Positions 53,488 through 64,000 of a DNA stretch of 64,000 nucleotides are shown here, in pieces. The position numbers were made by a program, and so were the translations under genes. Below the pieces are notes generated by a model, which ran no database searches, was not told where the DNA came from, and was given only the letters and a program-made list of their open reading frames with translations. The stretch comes from a phage, in assembly GCA_012813795.1 (NCBI GenBank), contig GCA_012813795.1_4087.1; one strand, given 5' to 3'. Positions within the stretch are counted from its first letter, which is position 1. Each line of letters begins with the position of its first letter.

Positions 53488-55875
53488 TTATATTATGTCA
53501 TTCTGTAAAGCAATTCTAAATGTATCATGTACATAACGTTCATGGTCCTGTGCAAAGTATCCAAATTCAACAGCAGTTACTTCGAATTCAGTACTAACCA
53601 TAGAACTATGCTCATTGTTTTGTAACAACATTTGGAAAAATGCTTCACCCTTACCAGGCAAACAGTATGCTACTGGAATGATAGGCATGAATTTCTTCTC
53701 AATACCATCTTCGATATATGGATGGTTCATGAAGCGTGGAACTGTGTCAATCATCTCATCACTTATGCCTGGTATAGCATCCACATATAGACCACGATTG
53801 ACTAAATCAGTTGGGTCTTTAACCAAGTTTGTTGTATCTTCACCAACAGCCTTATAGATGTTTTGGCGTAAACCAAACAACTCAGCAAGTAAACCATTAT
53901 CTACATTAGTGTAAATTCGAGGGTTGGTGGATACTACAACTTGTGTTCCTTCTGGATGAAGTTCTCTAAACACCAAATCATACAGAAGATTCCCTTTGTT
54001 GTCAAGTGCTGACATGATTTTATAATTACCAATAACCATCTTGAATTTACCATTGGGAATAGTAGCCCCTGATGGATCTATAATATTCTCACGGAGAACT
54101 TTTTTCAAATCACTTAAGTTGGTGTAATTATAGTTCTGATTTACAAAGTTTTCTTTCAATAGAATTCTAGGAACTTTCTGTAACCCATATCTATCATCAG
54201 ATTGACGATGGAATCCAAAATTAGCAAATGTTTGAGTACTGATGCATTTAAACCAATCACGCTCAAACTGTACCGATGGTACAATATGTGAACTCAAATG
54301 ATTTTGTCCCAACCCACGAACGATTTTTAATTTGAAATCACCAATAACACTACTACCCTCGGTGTCATACACTTCAACCTTGAAATTCAATTTTATATCA
54401 TCATTGGCACTAAAATCAGTACTTAATGCATATGCAGTTCCTACAAGATAACCGTCAGGGGTAAGGTCCAATCCATATTTAGTTATATCATCACCACCTG
54501 CCAATACACAAGATACTTGATTCTTACTATTAGTGAGTATTCGTGGGTATACCGTATGTCCGAAATATTCACCAACATGGATGGTTCCCAAGTCTGGATC
54601 GGTGATTATCTGTATAGATGAACCTTCTGCGGCGTTTTCCAAAAATCGGAACATACGTTTCTCACCAATAATACCACTACCTAAAGATACGTCATAATAA
54701 CCTAAATCATTCCAATCTGAACTTTTGAATAATGGTTTTATCATACCTTCATCATATTCACCACTAATAACATATGGATAAACAACGTTATCCCTTAACT
54801 GGTATAAATGGTTAGGTTTGGGTTTTTCATCAGTTGCAGCAATAGTAGATACATCATTTGGACATACCCACATTTGATATGCTTTGAAACGTTGGTCGAT
54901 TGCAAAACGTTCAGCGAGTGTAATGTATGTTTTAAGAATATCTACAATTTCAATCTTAAAGTAAACATCCGTTGGTTCGGATTCATGTAAGAATGTTTGT
55001 AAGAATTGCCCATTAGGGTTAAAGGAAAGACCACTTTTTGTTATCTTCCCAGTGTCATCAACTATGTTAACTTTAACTTCTTTATTAATTCCATCAACTG
55101 GAAATGCTAAATCATCAGGGCGTAGGTAAGCTGCTTTACCTGTAACGTGTCTTGTTGGTAAATCCTGTTCAGTTATATCCAGTAGGCGATACGCTGGAAA
55201 GAACACACGAGGACTAGTATCGGTCGCACTATCTACATTTGGCTGGTATGGACGTTTACGACCGAAGCCTTGAATGAACAAAGTACTGTCAGAACCATAT
55301 TCAATATCACCAATGCAATATAATCGATCGTCATCTGTGATAGTTAATCCAGGGGTTACCCATATTTCTTTACTATCAAAAGTTACTGTTGCTTTGTTTG
55401 CACGCAACAAACCAGATGGTGAAATGTTCCCAAAATGCATAACATTAACTGCCTGTAAATTGAAAACAACACTCTCAACGTTGTTAAATGTACCATCACG
55501 CTTACAATGCAACTTTAGATAATAAACATCTTCACTGATTATAGTACTTGGAAGATAAAAATTATTCTTTTGTATTCTACACTTATGTCTTCCATTTAAA
55601 AACTGGTTTCCAGTGGTTCCGTCCGATAGTGGGACTAAATTTCGTGGGTCATTACCAACAAATAATGAATAATGGTTTTCAGCGTTAAAAACATTACCAA
55701 CATTATCTAAACATTGTATAGTGAAAATCATCTCTAAGTATTCGTTTTCACTTAGTGTATAGCTATCACCTGTAGTTCCTTCTTTATTGATACTTAATCT
55801 AATAAGAATGTCAGATCCTTCTTGAATATATTGAGTATCAGCCTTTAAATCCCAATACGGGGTAAAAGATGCCAT
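53488..55875 (-). CDS. large hypothetical protein (795 aa), possibly late/structural
   Basis: Long beta-rich ORF; TATAAATA late-promoter-like box ~34 nt upstream. Confidence 0.6.
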   Translation of the reverse strand: MASFTPYWDLKADTQYIQEGSDILIRLSINKEGTTGDSYTLSENEYLEMIFTIQCLDNVGNVFNAENHYSLFVGNDPRNLVPLSDGTTGNQFLNGRHKCRIQKNNFYLPSTIISEDVYYLKLHCKRDGTFNNVESVVFNLQAVNVMHFGNISPSGLLRANKATVTFDSKEIWVTPGLTITDDDRLYCIGDIEYGSDSTLFIQGFGRKRPYQPNVDSATDTSPRVFFPAYRLLDITEQDLPTRHVTGKAAYLRPDDLAFPVDGINKEVKVNIVDDTGKITKSGLSFNPNGQFLQTFLHESEPTDVYFKIEIVDILKTYITLAERFAIDQRFKAYQMWVCPNDVSTIAATDEKPKPNHLYQLRDNVVYPYVISGEYDEGMIKPLFKSSDWNDLGYYDVSLGSGIIGEKRMFRFLENAAEGSSIQIITDPDLGTIHVGEYFGHTVYPRILTNSKNQVSCVLAGGDDITKYGLDLTPDGYLVGTAYALSTDFSANDDIKLNFKVEVYDTEGSSVIGDFKLKIVRGLGQNHLSSHIVPSVQFERDWFKCISTQTFANFGFHRQSDDRYGLQKVPRILLKENFVNQNYNYTNLSDLKKVLRENIIDPSGATIPNGKFKMVIGNYKIMSALDNKGNLLYDLVFRELHPEGTQVVVSTNPRIYTNVDNGLLAELFGLRQNIYKAVGEDTTNLVKDPTDLVNRGLYVDAIPGISDEMIDTVPRFMNHPYIEDGIEKKFMPIIPVAYCLPGKGEAFFQMLLQNNEHSSMVSTEFEVTAVEFGYFAQDHERYVHDTFRIALQNDII

Positions 55876-55908
55876 TTTATTTCTCCATAGCTACTAATAT
55901 CTATAGAT

Positions 55909-55916
55909 TATTTATA
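55909..55916 (-). promoter_or_regulatory. T4-late-promoter-like TATAAATA box
   Basis: Exact TATAAATA on minus strand upstream of 53488..55875. Confidence 0.4.
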
Positions 55917-55925
55917 TAAAGGAGG

Positions 55926-55948
55926 AAGGAAGACCCATAGGGTCTTCC
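55926..55948 (-). terminator. intrinsic terminator (ggaagaccctatgggtcttcc)
   Basis: Hairpin downstream of the gp52-like gene. Confidence 0.5.
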
Positions 55949-55956
55949 ATTATATA

Positions 55957-57369
55957 TTAATCTTCAGACTTAGGTGTAAAGTCCATTTTTAGTAATTCTT
56001 GTAGTTCTTCTTTATAGATATTCCAGATTTTATCTTGGTTATTAAGTAAATCATTATAACTATCCATTAGATCTAGATTATCTTGAATGTCTTTCAGTAC
56101 TACATCGTAATTATCTTTCGTCCAGCGATAAGATGGGAAGTTTACAATACTCTGGATATTCTCAGATGTAGCTTCGATTTCAGTATTAAGCGAAGTTACA
56201 AATTCAACCATTTCAGCACGGTTTGCAAAGCCTTTTACTTTACCAATCATGTCATTATCAAAACACTCTTTGATGAGAATCTTATAACGAACTTCGGCTG
56301 CACAGTCTTCCAGTTTCTTCTCATATCGCTTCACATAGTATTTGAAACGGAAATTTACGAAATCTTTAATCAGGTCAAGTGTACTGTCATATACACGAAC
56401 TTTACCATTTTCACCAAGAACAGTTAACAATTGAGTCATTTTCTTATTCAATCCAAAATACTCAATTACATCAGCTTCGGTCCATTTTTGAGAAATTCCG
56501 CGTGGTAGTTTGATCGTGATATCAATAACATCAGTACTATCATTATCGTAATCACGAATATCACCATCATCACTCATCTTGATTAGTTTTTCGATAAACT
56601 TTTCAATACTATAATTGGGTGGAAGACCTGTCACTTTAACAGTACTTGCGTCAATTACCTGTGCTTTACCATAAAATTCATATTTGTTTTCGTCTAGTTT
56701 AGTTACTATATCACTAGCACCAACCGATGCATAATATGGTGTCATTTCTTTAAGGGGTTTCCCTTCAATTGCACGAATACAGTTCTTTATTACATCCTCA
56801 ATCTTATGTGGAAGAATTGTACTCTTATACCCTACTGACATACTATCATTACCAAACAATGCTAATGGGATGATAGGTAGGAAGTGTACTGGTTCCATTG
56901 TAGTACCATCATAGTTCTCTTTCATTGGAATTATATCCATATCACGTAGAACTAATGCTTCAGTCGTTTTTGTCTTTTTGACGTAGGTATAACGAGCAGA
57001 TGCCGGAGTACTGTTAACTTGTGTCCCGAAACCACCACGCTTACCAATCAGTGGGTAGTTGTTAGCAACTGGACTAGCTAGGTTTTGTAATGTTCCTGAT
57101 GCAGATGTGTCACCATGAACGTAAATCCCATCACTGATCATACGACCTGCACATGAAACAGTTTTAATCTCCCCACTGATTTTGGATAATGTGAAGATTG
57201 CTTTACGTTGAGAACTCTTGAGTCCGTCAATCCCTGGGATAGCACGGTCAAGTGTGTACATTGAGTATTCTAATGATGTAGTATTGACATAATCTGAACT
57301 TTTATAATCAAGTAAAGTTAGAGTTAATTCATCAACATTTGTATTAGTGTTTTTCTTACTTTTAGCCAT
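55957..57369 (-). CDS. 52: DNA topoisomerase II medium subunit (T4 gp52-like, GyrA-type)
   Basis: DRAIPGIDGLKSSQRKAIF... GyrA/ParC N-terminal signature; 470 aa. Confidence 0.75.
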   Translation of the reverse strand: MAKSKKNTNTNVDELTLTLLDYKSSDYVNTTSLEYSMYTLDRAIPGIDGLKSSQRKAIFTLSKISGEIKTVSCAGRMISDGIYVHGDTSASGTLQNLASPVANNYPLIGKRGGFGTQVNSTPASARYTYVKKTKTTEALVLRDMDIIPMKENYDGTTMEPVHFLPIIPLALFGNDSMSVGYKSTILPHKIEDVIKNCIRAIEGKPLKEMTPYYASVGASDIVTKLDENKYEFYGKAQVIDASTVKVTGLPPNYSIEKFIEKLIKMSDDGDIRDYDNDSTDVIDITIKLPRGISQKWTEADVIEYFGLNKKMTQLLTVLGENGKVRVYDSTLDLIKDFVNFRFKYYVKRYEKKLEDCAAEVRYKILIKECFDNDMIGKVKGFANRAEMVEFVTSLNTEIEATSENIQSIVNFPSYRWTKDNYDVVLKDIQDNLDLMDSYNDLLNNQDKIWNIYKEELQELLKMDFTPKSED

Positions 57370-57417
57370 TCCATTGTCTCTTTGTTAAGCGGGGAACACC
57401 ATGTCCCCCTTATTACA

Positions 57418-59382
57418 TTATTCCATCCAGTTTTTACGATCATCAGCACGTTTCTTGTTGAAAATCAAATCTAATGTTTCACCAAGACGACCGTCATCAG
57501 TAATTGCTACTGCAACACTATTCGTAAATGCATCGCGGAAGTTACTTTTTTCGAGTGTTCCTAAACCTTTCGCACGAGTTGCTTTCCACCCTTTCCAATC
57601 TTCAGGAATATATTCATGGACGTTATGACCATAAAAATACTTAGATTCCTTACCTTTCTCCAAGATAATAAATGGAGTTTTGAATACGTATACAAACGGA
57701 TTATCAGGATCTTGGAATAATTCGGGCCAGAATTTGTACAAGAAGTTACAAACTAGTGCACCAATGTTCTTACCATCCTCATCTTCGTCCGCACAGATAT
57801 ATAGCTTACCGTAATTCAAATCAGCACGGTCAGCTTTAACTCCAGGGACCAAGTTGATGCTTGCCATTATATCATGCAATGCCATAGAATCCATTAATTC
57901 TTTGGTTTTCTCATTCCCACTAACGTTCATAATCTTACCACGCAATGGGAGGATACCATGAATACTAGGAATACGAGCACTTGCCATGTTGGAAATAGCA
58001 GAGTCACCTTCCGCAACCAATAGAATACATTGTGAACGGTCAGTTCCAGTACTATCAAGTAGTTTTGCAACTTTACCTTTCAAAAGTTTCTTGGCAAGGC
58101 GACGGTCTTCTTCTGCGTCTTTCTTATTAGTACGGGCAGCACAACGTTCAAAAATCTCATCAACCCATTCTTTATTTTTCTTGACCAATTCATCAAACCA
58201 GTCAGTACTCATAGCTTGCTGAATAGGACGAATTACATTTTCATTAGTCAACTTAGATTTAATCTGTGAGTTGAATGATGGTGCTTTCATTGTAGTTACA
58301 TTGTAAATCAACAAACCTTCTTCAATATCAGAACGGTTTGGTTTCATCTTACGCTTCTTCGCTTCTTTCTCTAATGCAGTTCCTACCCCTAAAGAGAAGA
58401 ATTTCTTGAAGGTATCTAGATGTGTACCACCATCAAATGCTGGAGCATTATTCACAAGACCATGCATATGGAAGTTTGTGTTCATACCAGATACAGCATT
58501 AGGTACAATATAAAACGTACTATTGAAATTGAATGATTCATCTTTAACATTCAATGACATTAGTTTTGAAGCATTAAAGAGTGCCTTTTCTGTGCTTCCT
58601 TTAATTGCAATACGTTTACCATTCAAGAAGATTTTGTATGTTGGGTTCGCTGCTGCCATTTCTTTTAGAATACTATAAAGTAATTCAGTTGGTAGCTTGC
58701 GATTAGGAAATACTTCTTTACTTAGGGTAAAGCGAATAGTTGTACCAGTTTTATCGGATTGTACTTTTCGAATAGTTGGTTCATGTACATGAAGTTCAGG
58801 GAACATAATTGTACCTTCTTCAAACTTCTGTGTATATTTGTACATACCATCATAACCGTCATTACTGGATTGCGTTTTATATGGACGTCCGGTTCGGTGA
58901 ATTTCAAGTTCTGCTTTAGAGCTAACAATCATAGCCACAGAACCACCTAGACCGTTTTGACCGATTGTTTCATCACGCTTAGAATCATCAAAGTTACGAC
59001 CAGTTTTAGTTTCAGTCATTACCATCGTACAGAGGTTTTTCTCATACTCTGGGACATAATCAATCGGAATACCACGACCATTATCACTGATTTCGAAGGA
59101 AAGGTCTTCTTCATTGAAATCAACTTTCAGTACTGGTTCTTTCGTACCAGCTTTTTTGAATTCATCAAGACTGTTATCAATAATTTCACGAGTTGCAGTA
59201 AGAATTGCAGGAACCCATTCCATATTTTTTACAGCATAATCATTTTCACCAAAAATCAGTACTTGACTTTCGTGAATAGAACGAGAACCAAGATACATCT
59301 CAGTACGTAGACGAGCATGTTGATAATCGTTTAGACGTTGAACGTCATGTTCTTGTAGAACAGCACTTTCTTTCTTAGCCAT
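57418..59382 (-). CDS. 39: DNA topoisomerase II large subunit (GyrB-type ATPase + TOPRIM; fused gp39/gp60-like)
   Basis: GHKL ATPase motifs (EIIDNSLDE, ISDNGRGIP, GLGGSVAMIVS), TOPRIM (LLVAEGDSA, CADEDEDG); 654 aa. Confidence 0.8.
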   Translation of the reverse strand: MAKKESAVLQEHDVQRLNDYQHARLRTEMYLGSRSIHESQVLIFGENDYAVKNMEWVPAILTATREIIDNSLDEFKKAGTKEPVLKVDFNEEDLSFEISDNGRGIPIDYVPEYEKNLCTMVMTETKTGRNFDDSKRDETIGQNGLGGSVAMIVSSKAELEIHRTGRPYKTQSSNDGYDGMYKYTQKFEEGTIMFPELHVHEPTIRKVQSDKTGTTIRFTLSKEVFPNRKLPTELLYSILKEMAAANPTYKIFLNGKRIAIKGSTEKALFNASKLMSLNVKDESFNFNSTFYIVPNAVSGMNTNFHMHGLVNNAPAFDGGTHLDTFKKFFSLGVGTALEKEAKKRKMKPNRSDIEEGLLIYNVTTMKAPSFNSQIKSKLTNENVIRPIQQAMSTDWFDELVKKNKEWVDEIFERCAARTNKKDAEEDRRLAKKLLKGKVAKLLDSTGTDRSQCILLVAEGDSAISNMASARIPSIHGILPLRGKIMNVSGNEKTKELMDSMALHDIMASINLVPGVKADRADLNYGKLYICADEDEDGKNIGALVCNFLYKFWPELFQDPDNPFVYVFKTPFIILEKGKESKYFYGHNVHEYIPEDWKGWKATRAKGLGTLEKSNFRDAFTNSVAVAITDDGRLGETLDLIFNKKRADDRKNWME

Positions 59383-59482
59383 TTTAATTCCTTTTAGTGT
59401 CTCTGTGTCTTGTGATATTGTATCACGAAAAGTTTATTTGTCTCAAAAAGAATTCGGAGAGCATAAAGCCCCCCGAATATAA

Positions 59483-59869
59483 TTACAAAAGAAGTAATCC
59501 AAAAATGATAACATAATGGGTAAAATGATGAATCATTTGATCATACCCTAACCACCACCAAAATTCAGCATCTTGTGGTGTGTGTTGTTTAGAGCCAACA
59601 ACTTTAACTCGGTCCATTACAAAATGAACAACTGCATCAATTGCAAGAAGCATGAAAAACACCTTCCACGTTGTTCCAATATAACAAGCAAAAATTGCAA
59701 TAATTATTGCAGTTCCTAATACATGAACAGCAACGTGTGCTGCCAATGGTAGAAACCACCCATGCTCTTTAAATTTACCAAGCATGTATTTGCCTTGGAA
59801 TATATAATCACACAGAAAATGTTTTATTTGAAATAATGCCAATAGCCCAAAAACTAAAAGTATACTCAT
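59483..59869 (-). CDS. DUF3307-like membrane protein
   Basis: N-terminal IKHFLCDYIFQ motif, 3-4 TM. Confidence 0.5.
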   Translation of the reverse strand: MSILLVFGLLALFQIKHFLCDYIFQGKYMLGKFKEHGWFLPLAAHVAVHVLGTAIIIAIFACYIGTTWKVFFMLLAIDAVVHFVMDRVKVVGSKQHTPQDAEFWWWLGYDQMIHHFTHYVIIFGLLLL

Positions 59870-59878
59870 ATAGTATCC

Positions 59879-60733
59879 TTATTTAACAAGGAGTAATTGT
59901 AACTCAGCACTTGGGCTTGTCTCATCATCACTCCAATATTTGTGAACTTTTTCTGGTGTTGCCTTTGCTAAAACTTCACCACCACCAACAATGTACACTT
60001 GATGTGATCCAATTAGTCTAGTCCAAAATTTAATTGCATCATCAGTGTGTAAACTATCACTAAGTATAGCGTAGCCGTGCTTTAGCATATCCATAAAGAT
60101 AGTGTAAATGATACCTTTTGTGCCTGTTTTAGATGCAGTTGCTGCGATTTCGAAAACATTCTGAACACCTAGTACTGCATCATTAGAAGTATAACCACTA
60201 ACAATAGCTAGTTGTTTACCGCTCTTATCATATGCGATAAAACCAGTACCATTCTTATTCTGATAAACGTCATAATCATTGTGCTTAGCAAAGATTACCA
60301 TGTTATGCTTACCTGTCATTTCTGCTGTCTTATCTACAAACTCATCACGGTCTTGGCCCTGAAAACTATCAAAGCGTTGTGGCATTTCTTCCAACTTCTC
60401 AGTATTTTCATAGAAGTGATGTTCTTTATTTTGACAACACTGTTCACACTCACAATCATCTGCGTGTACATCCATTGTATCATCAATTTCAGGATTGTCC
60501 TGTGCAATTTCTGCATCTTGAATGATATCCACCCAACCTTTCATTGAAGATTCAGTAGTTTTCTTTTTAACGTGTTGGGGCAACTTCGCCCCCTTTTTAA
60601 GATTTCCAGCTTTTTCATCAGCATGATTCCATTCCTTAGCAGTATCTGTTGATACACCATGTGATTTTGCAATCTCTGGGTCATGTGCCATAGCAGCAAA
60701 TAGTCTTGCTTGACTCTTAGATTTAGATGGCAT
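59879..60733 (-). CDS. hypothetical protein (DUF3008-like N-terminus)
   Basis: KSKSQARLFAAMAH... Confidence 0.5.
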   Translation of the reverse strand: MPSKSKSQARLFAAMAHDPEIAKSHGVSTDTAKEWNHADEKAGNLKKGAKLPQHVKKKTTESSMKGWVDIIQDAEIAQDNPEIDDTMDVHADDCECEQCCQNKEHHFYENTEKLEEMPQRFDSFQGQDRDEFVDKTAEMTGKHNMVIFAKHNDYDVYQNKNGTGFIAYDKSGKQLAIVSGYTSNDAVLGVQNVFEIAATASKTGTKGIIYTIFMDMLKHGYAILSDSLHTDDAIKFWTRLIGSHQVYIVGGGEVLAKATPEKVHKYWSDDETSPSAELQLLLVK

Positions 60734-61658
60734 TTTTAATATCTCCTATTAAGTTCTCTAATATAGTTCGGTGATTTTGTTTATAATTTATTCGTATCAA
60801 ATTGATATTGTTAATATTACAAAAATTAGTTTTTATCAAATCACGTTTTTTAATATTAATCAATTCGTCAACACCACCCCAATGTTCCTTTTCGACGTAA
60901 TGCTGTTCACCATCATATTCTATACATATATTATAATCTGGTAAATAAAAATCAAAAGGTAATGGGTTTATATTCTTACAATCATCAAACTTATATTCTG
61001 TTATGTATTTAATTTTATTAATAGTGAGTATGTGACTAATATCTTGAACAGCTTTGGATATTTTATTATTACATAAGGAACAACCTTTTCCAGCTTGATG
61101 GTCAGAAAGTCTTTGGAAATAATAACCATGATTTGGGCAACCAATTTCAACAATATCATTCATATATTCATAATCTAATTTAGAATAATCATACTTATTA
61201 TTATGTATAAAATTACATTTATTAATAACTTTTTCTTTAGATTTTTTTCTTTTATTACCAATTACCACATTAGCACATTTTTTACATCCCTTCCCATCCA
61301 AATGAGAATTAACGGTTTGATAAAACATACCATGATTTTCACATGGACAAAATATTTTGATGGTTGTGGAATGTGATATTTTTTCGCAATATTCATATAT
61401 ATACTTATTGTTATGTATAACATTTGAACGTTCTATAAATTTATCATATGTTAATTTCGCATTACCTGAACACTCTGGACAACCGCCACCATTTCTATGA
61501 TAATAAGCATCTTGTACAAATTCACCATGAAAAGGACATATTATAATTATATTTGATTTTATTTTTATCAAATCAGTTTGAGTGTAATCATAAAAGAAAT
61601 TATGTTTTAAATGACATGAAATTATATATTCTTTCAATGTTATTTTAGGTCGCCCCAT
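60723..61658 (-). CDS. zinc-ribbon-repeat protein with C-terminal Vsr/DUF559-like endonuclease fold (homing-endonuclease-like)
   Basis: Three C-x2-C...C-x2-C ribbons; C-terminal FDFYLPDYNICIEYDGEQH resembles the ADF-x-L-IE-DG-x-H core. Confidence 0.55.
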   Translation of the reverse strand: MGRPKITLKEYIISCHLKHNFFYDYTQTDLIKIKSNIIIICPFHGEFVQDAYYHRNGGGCPECSGNAKLTYDKFIERSNVIHNNKYIYEYCEKISHSTTIKIFCPCENHGMFYQTVNSHLDGKGCKKCANVVIGNKRKKSKEKVINKCNFIHNNKYDYSKLDYEYMNDIVEIGCPNHGYYFQRLSDHQAGKGCSLCNNKISKAVQDISHILTINKIKYITEYKFDDCKNINPLPFDFYLPDYNICIEYDGEQHYVEKEHWGGVDELINIKKRDLIKTNFCNINNINLIRINYKQNHRTILENLIGDIKNAI

Positions 61659-61661
61659 GAA

Positions 61662-64000
<2,339 letters not shown>

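Overview
AT-rich (~1/3 GC) segment of a large virulent dsDNA phage; several markers are T4-like. Almost all genes are packed on the minus strand with frequent ATGA stop/start overlaps. One plus-strand Ig-repeat gene (11470..12627) sits between a promoter-like region and a bidirectional terminator.

Recognisable core genes at the right end: topoisomerase II large subunit (fused gp39/gp60-like, 57418..59382), topoisomerase II medium subunit (gp52-like, 55957..57369), clamp-loader ATPase (gp44-like, 50641..51594), GroES/gp31-like co-chaperonin, DexA-like DEDD exonuclease, a HAD/NT5C 5'-nucleotidase, and a 180-aa stand-alone fragment of the Pol III alpha (DnaE) palm region.

The left two-thirds is accessory DNA. 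It holds a sigma-70-family factor, two HNH homing endonucleases, a triple zinc-ribbon + Vsr/DUF559-like endonuclease, and a Dcm-type C5-cytosine methyltransferase whose catalytic PCQ cysteine carries a 346-aa LAGLIDADG intein. It also holds a PTH2-type peptidyl-tRNA hydrolase, a NADAR-domain protein, and a tRNA island (Thr, Asn, Met, two class-II Ser-like tRNAs plus two atypical tRNA-like elements).

The most striking feature is a ~20-member family of 120-170-aa paralogs. They share a C-terminal [ST]-E-E-x-[YF]-F-Q-x-S-[LIV]...D-L-T-x-E-E-[LI] motif, lie in tandem arrays (13.5-19.1 kb, 30.4-31.7 kb, 35.0-39.2 kb), and the PTH2 gene is embedded among them. A second family of ~55-aa 'MTHEEW...' mini-genes is interleaved with the tRNAs.

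Regulatory signals: early sigma70-like promoters on the minus strand (TTGACA, 16-17 nt, TATAAT) often carry the palindrome CAGTACTG in the spacer. AGTACT (ScaI hexamer) and the 12-mer TTCAGTACTGAA are strongly over-represented across the window. Intrinsic terminators are numerous, and T4-late-like TATAAATA motifs precede a 795-aa gene and the plus-strand gene. A 550-bp GC-rich, ORF-poor, hairpin-rich block (4790-5358) looks like a structured non-coding element.
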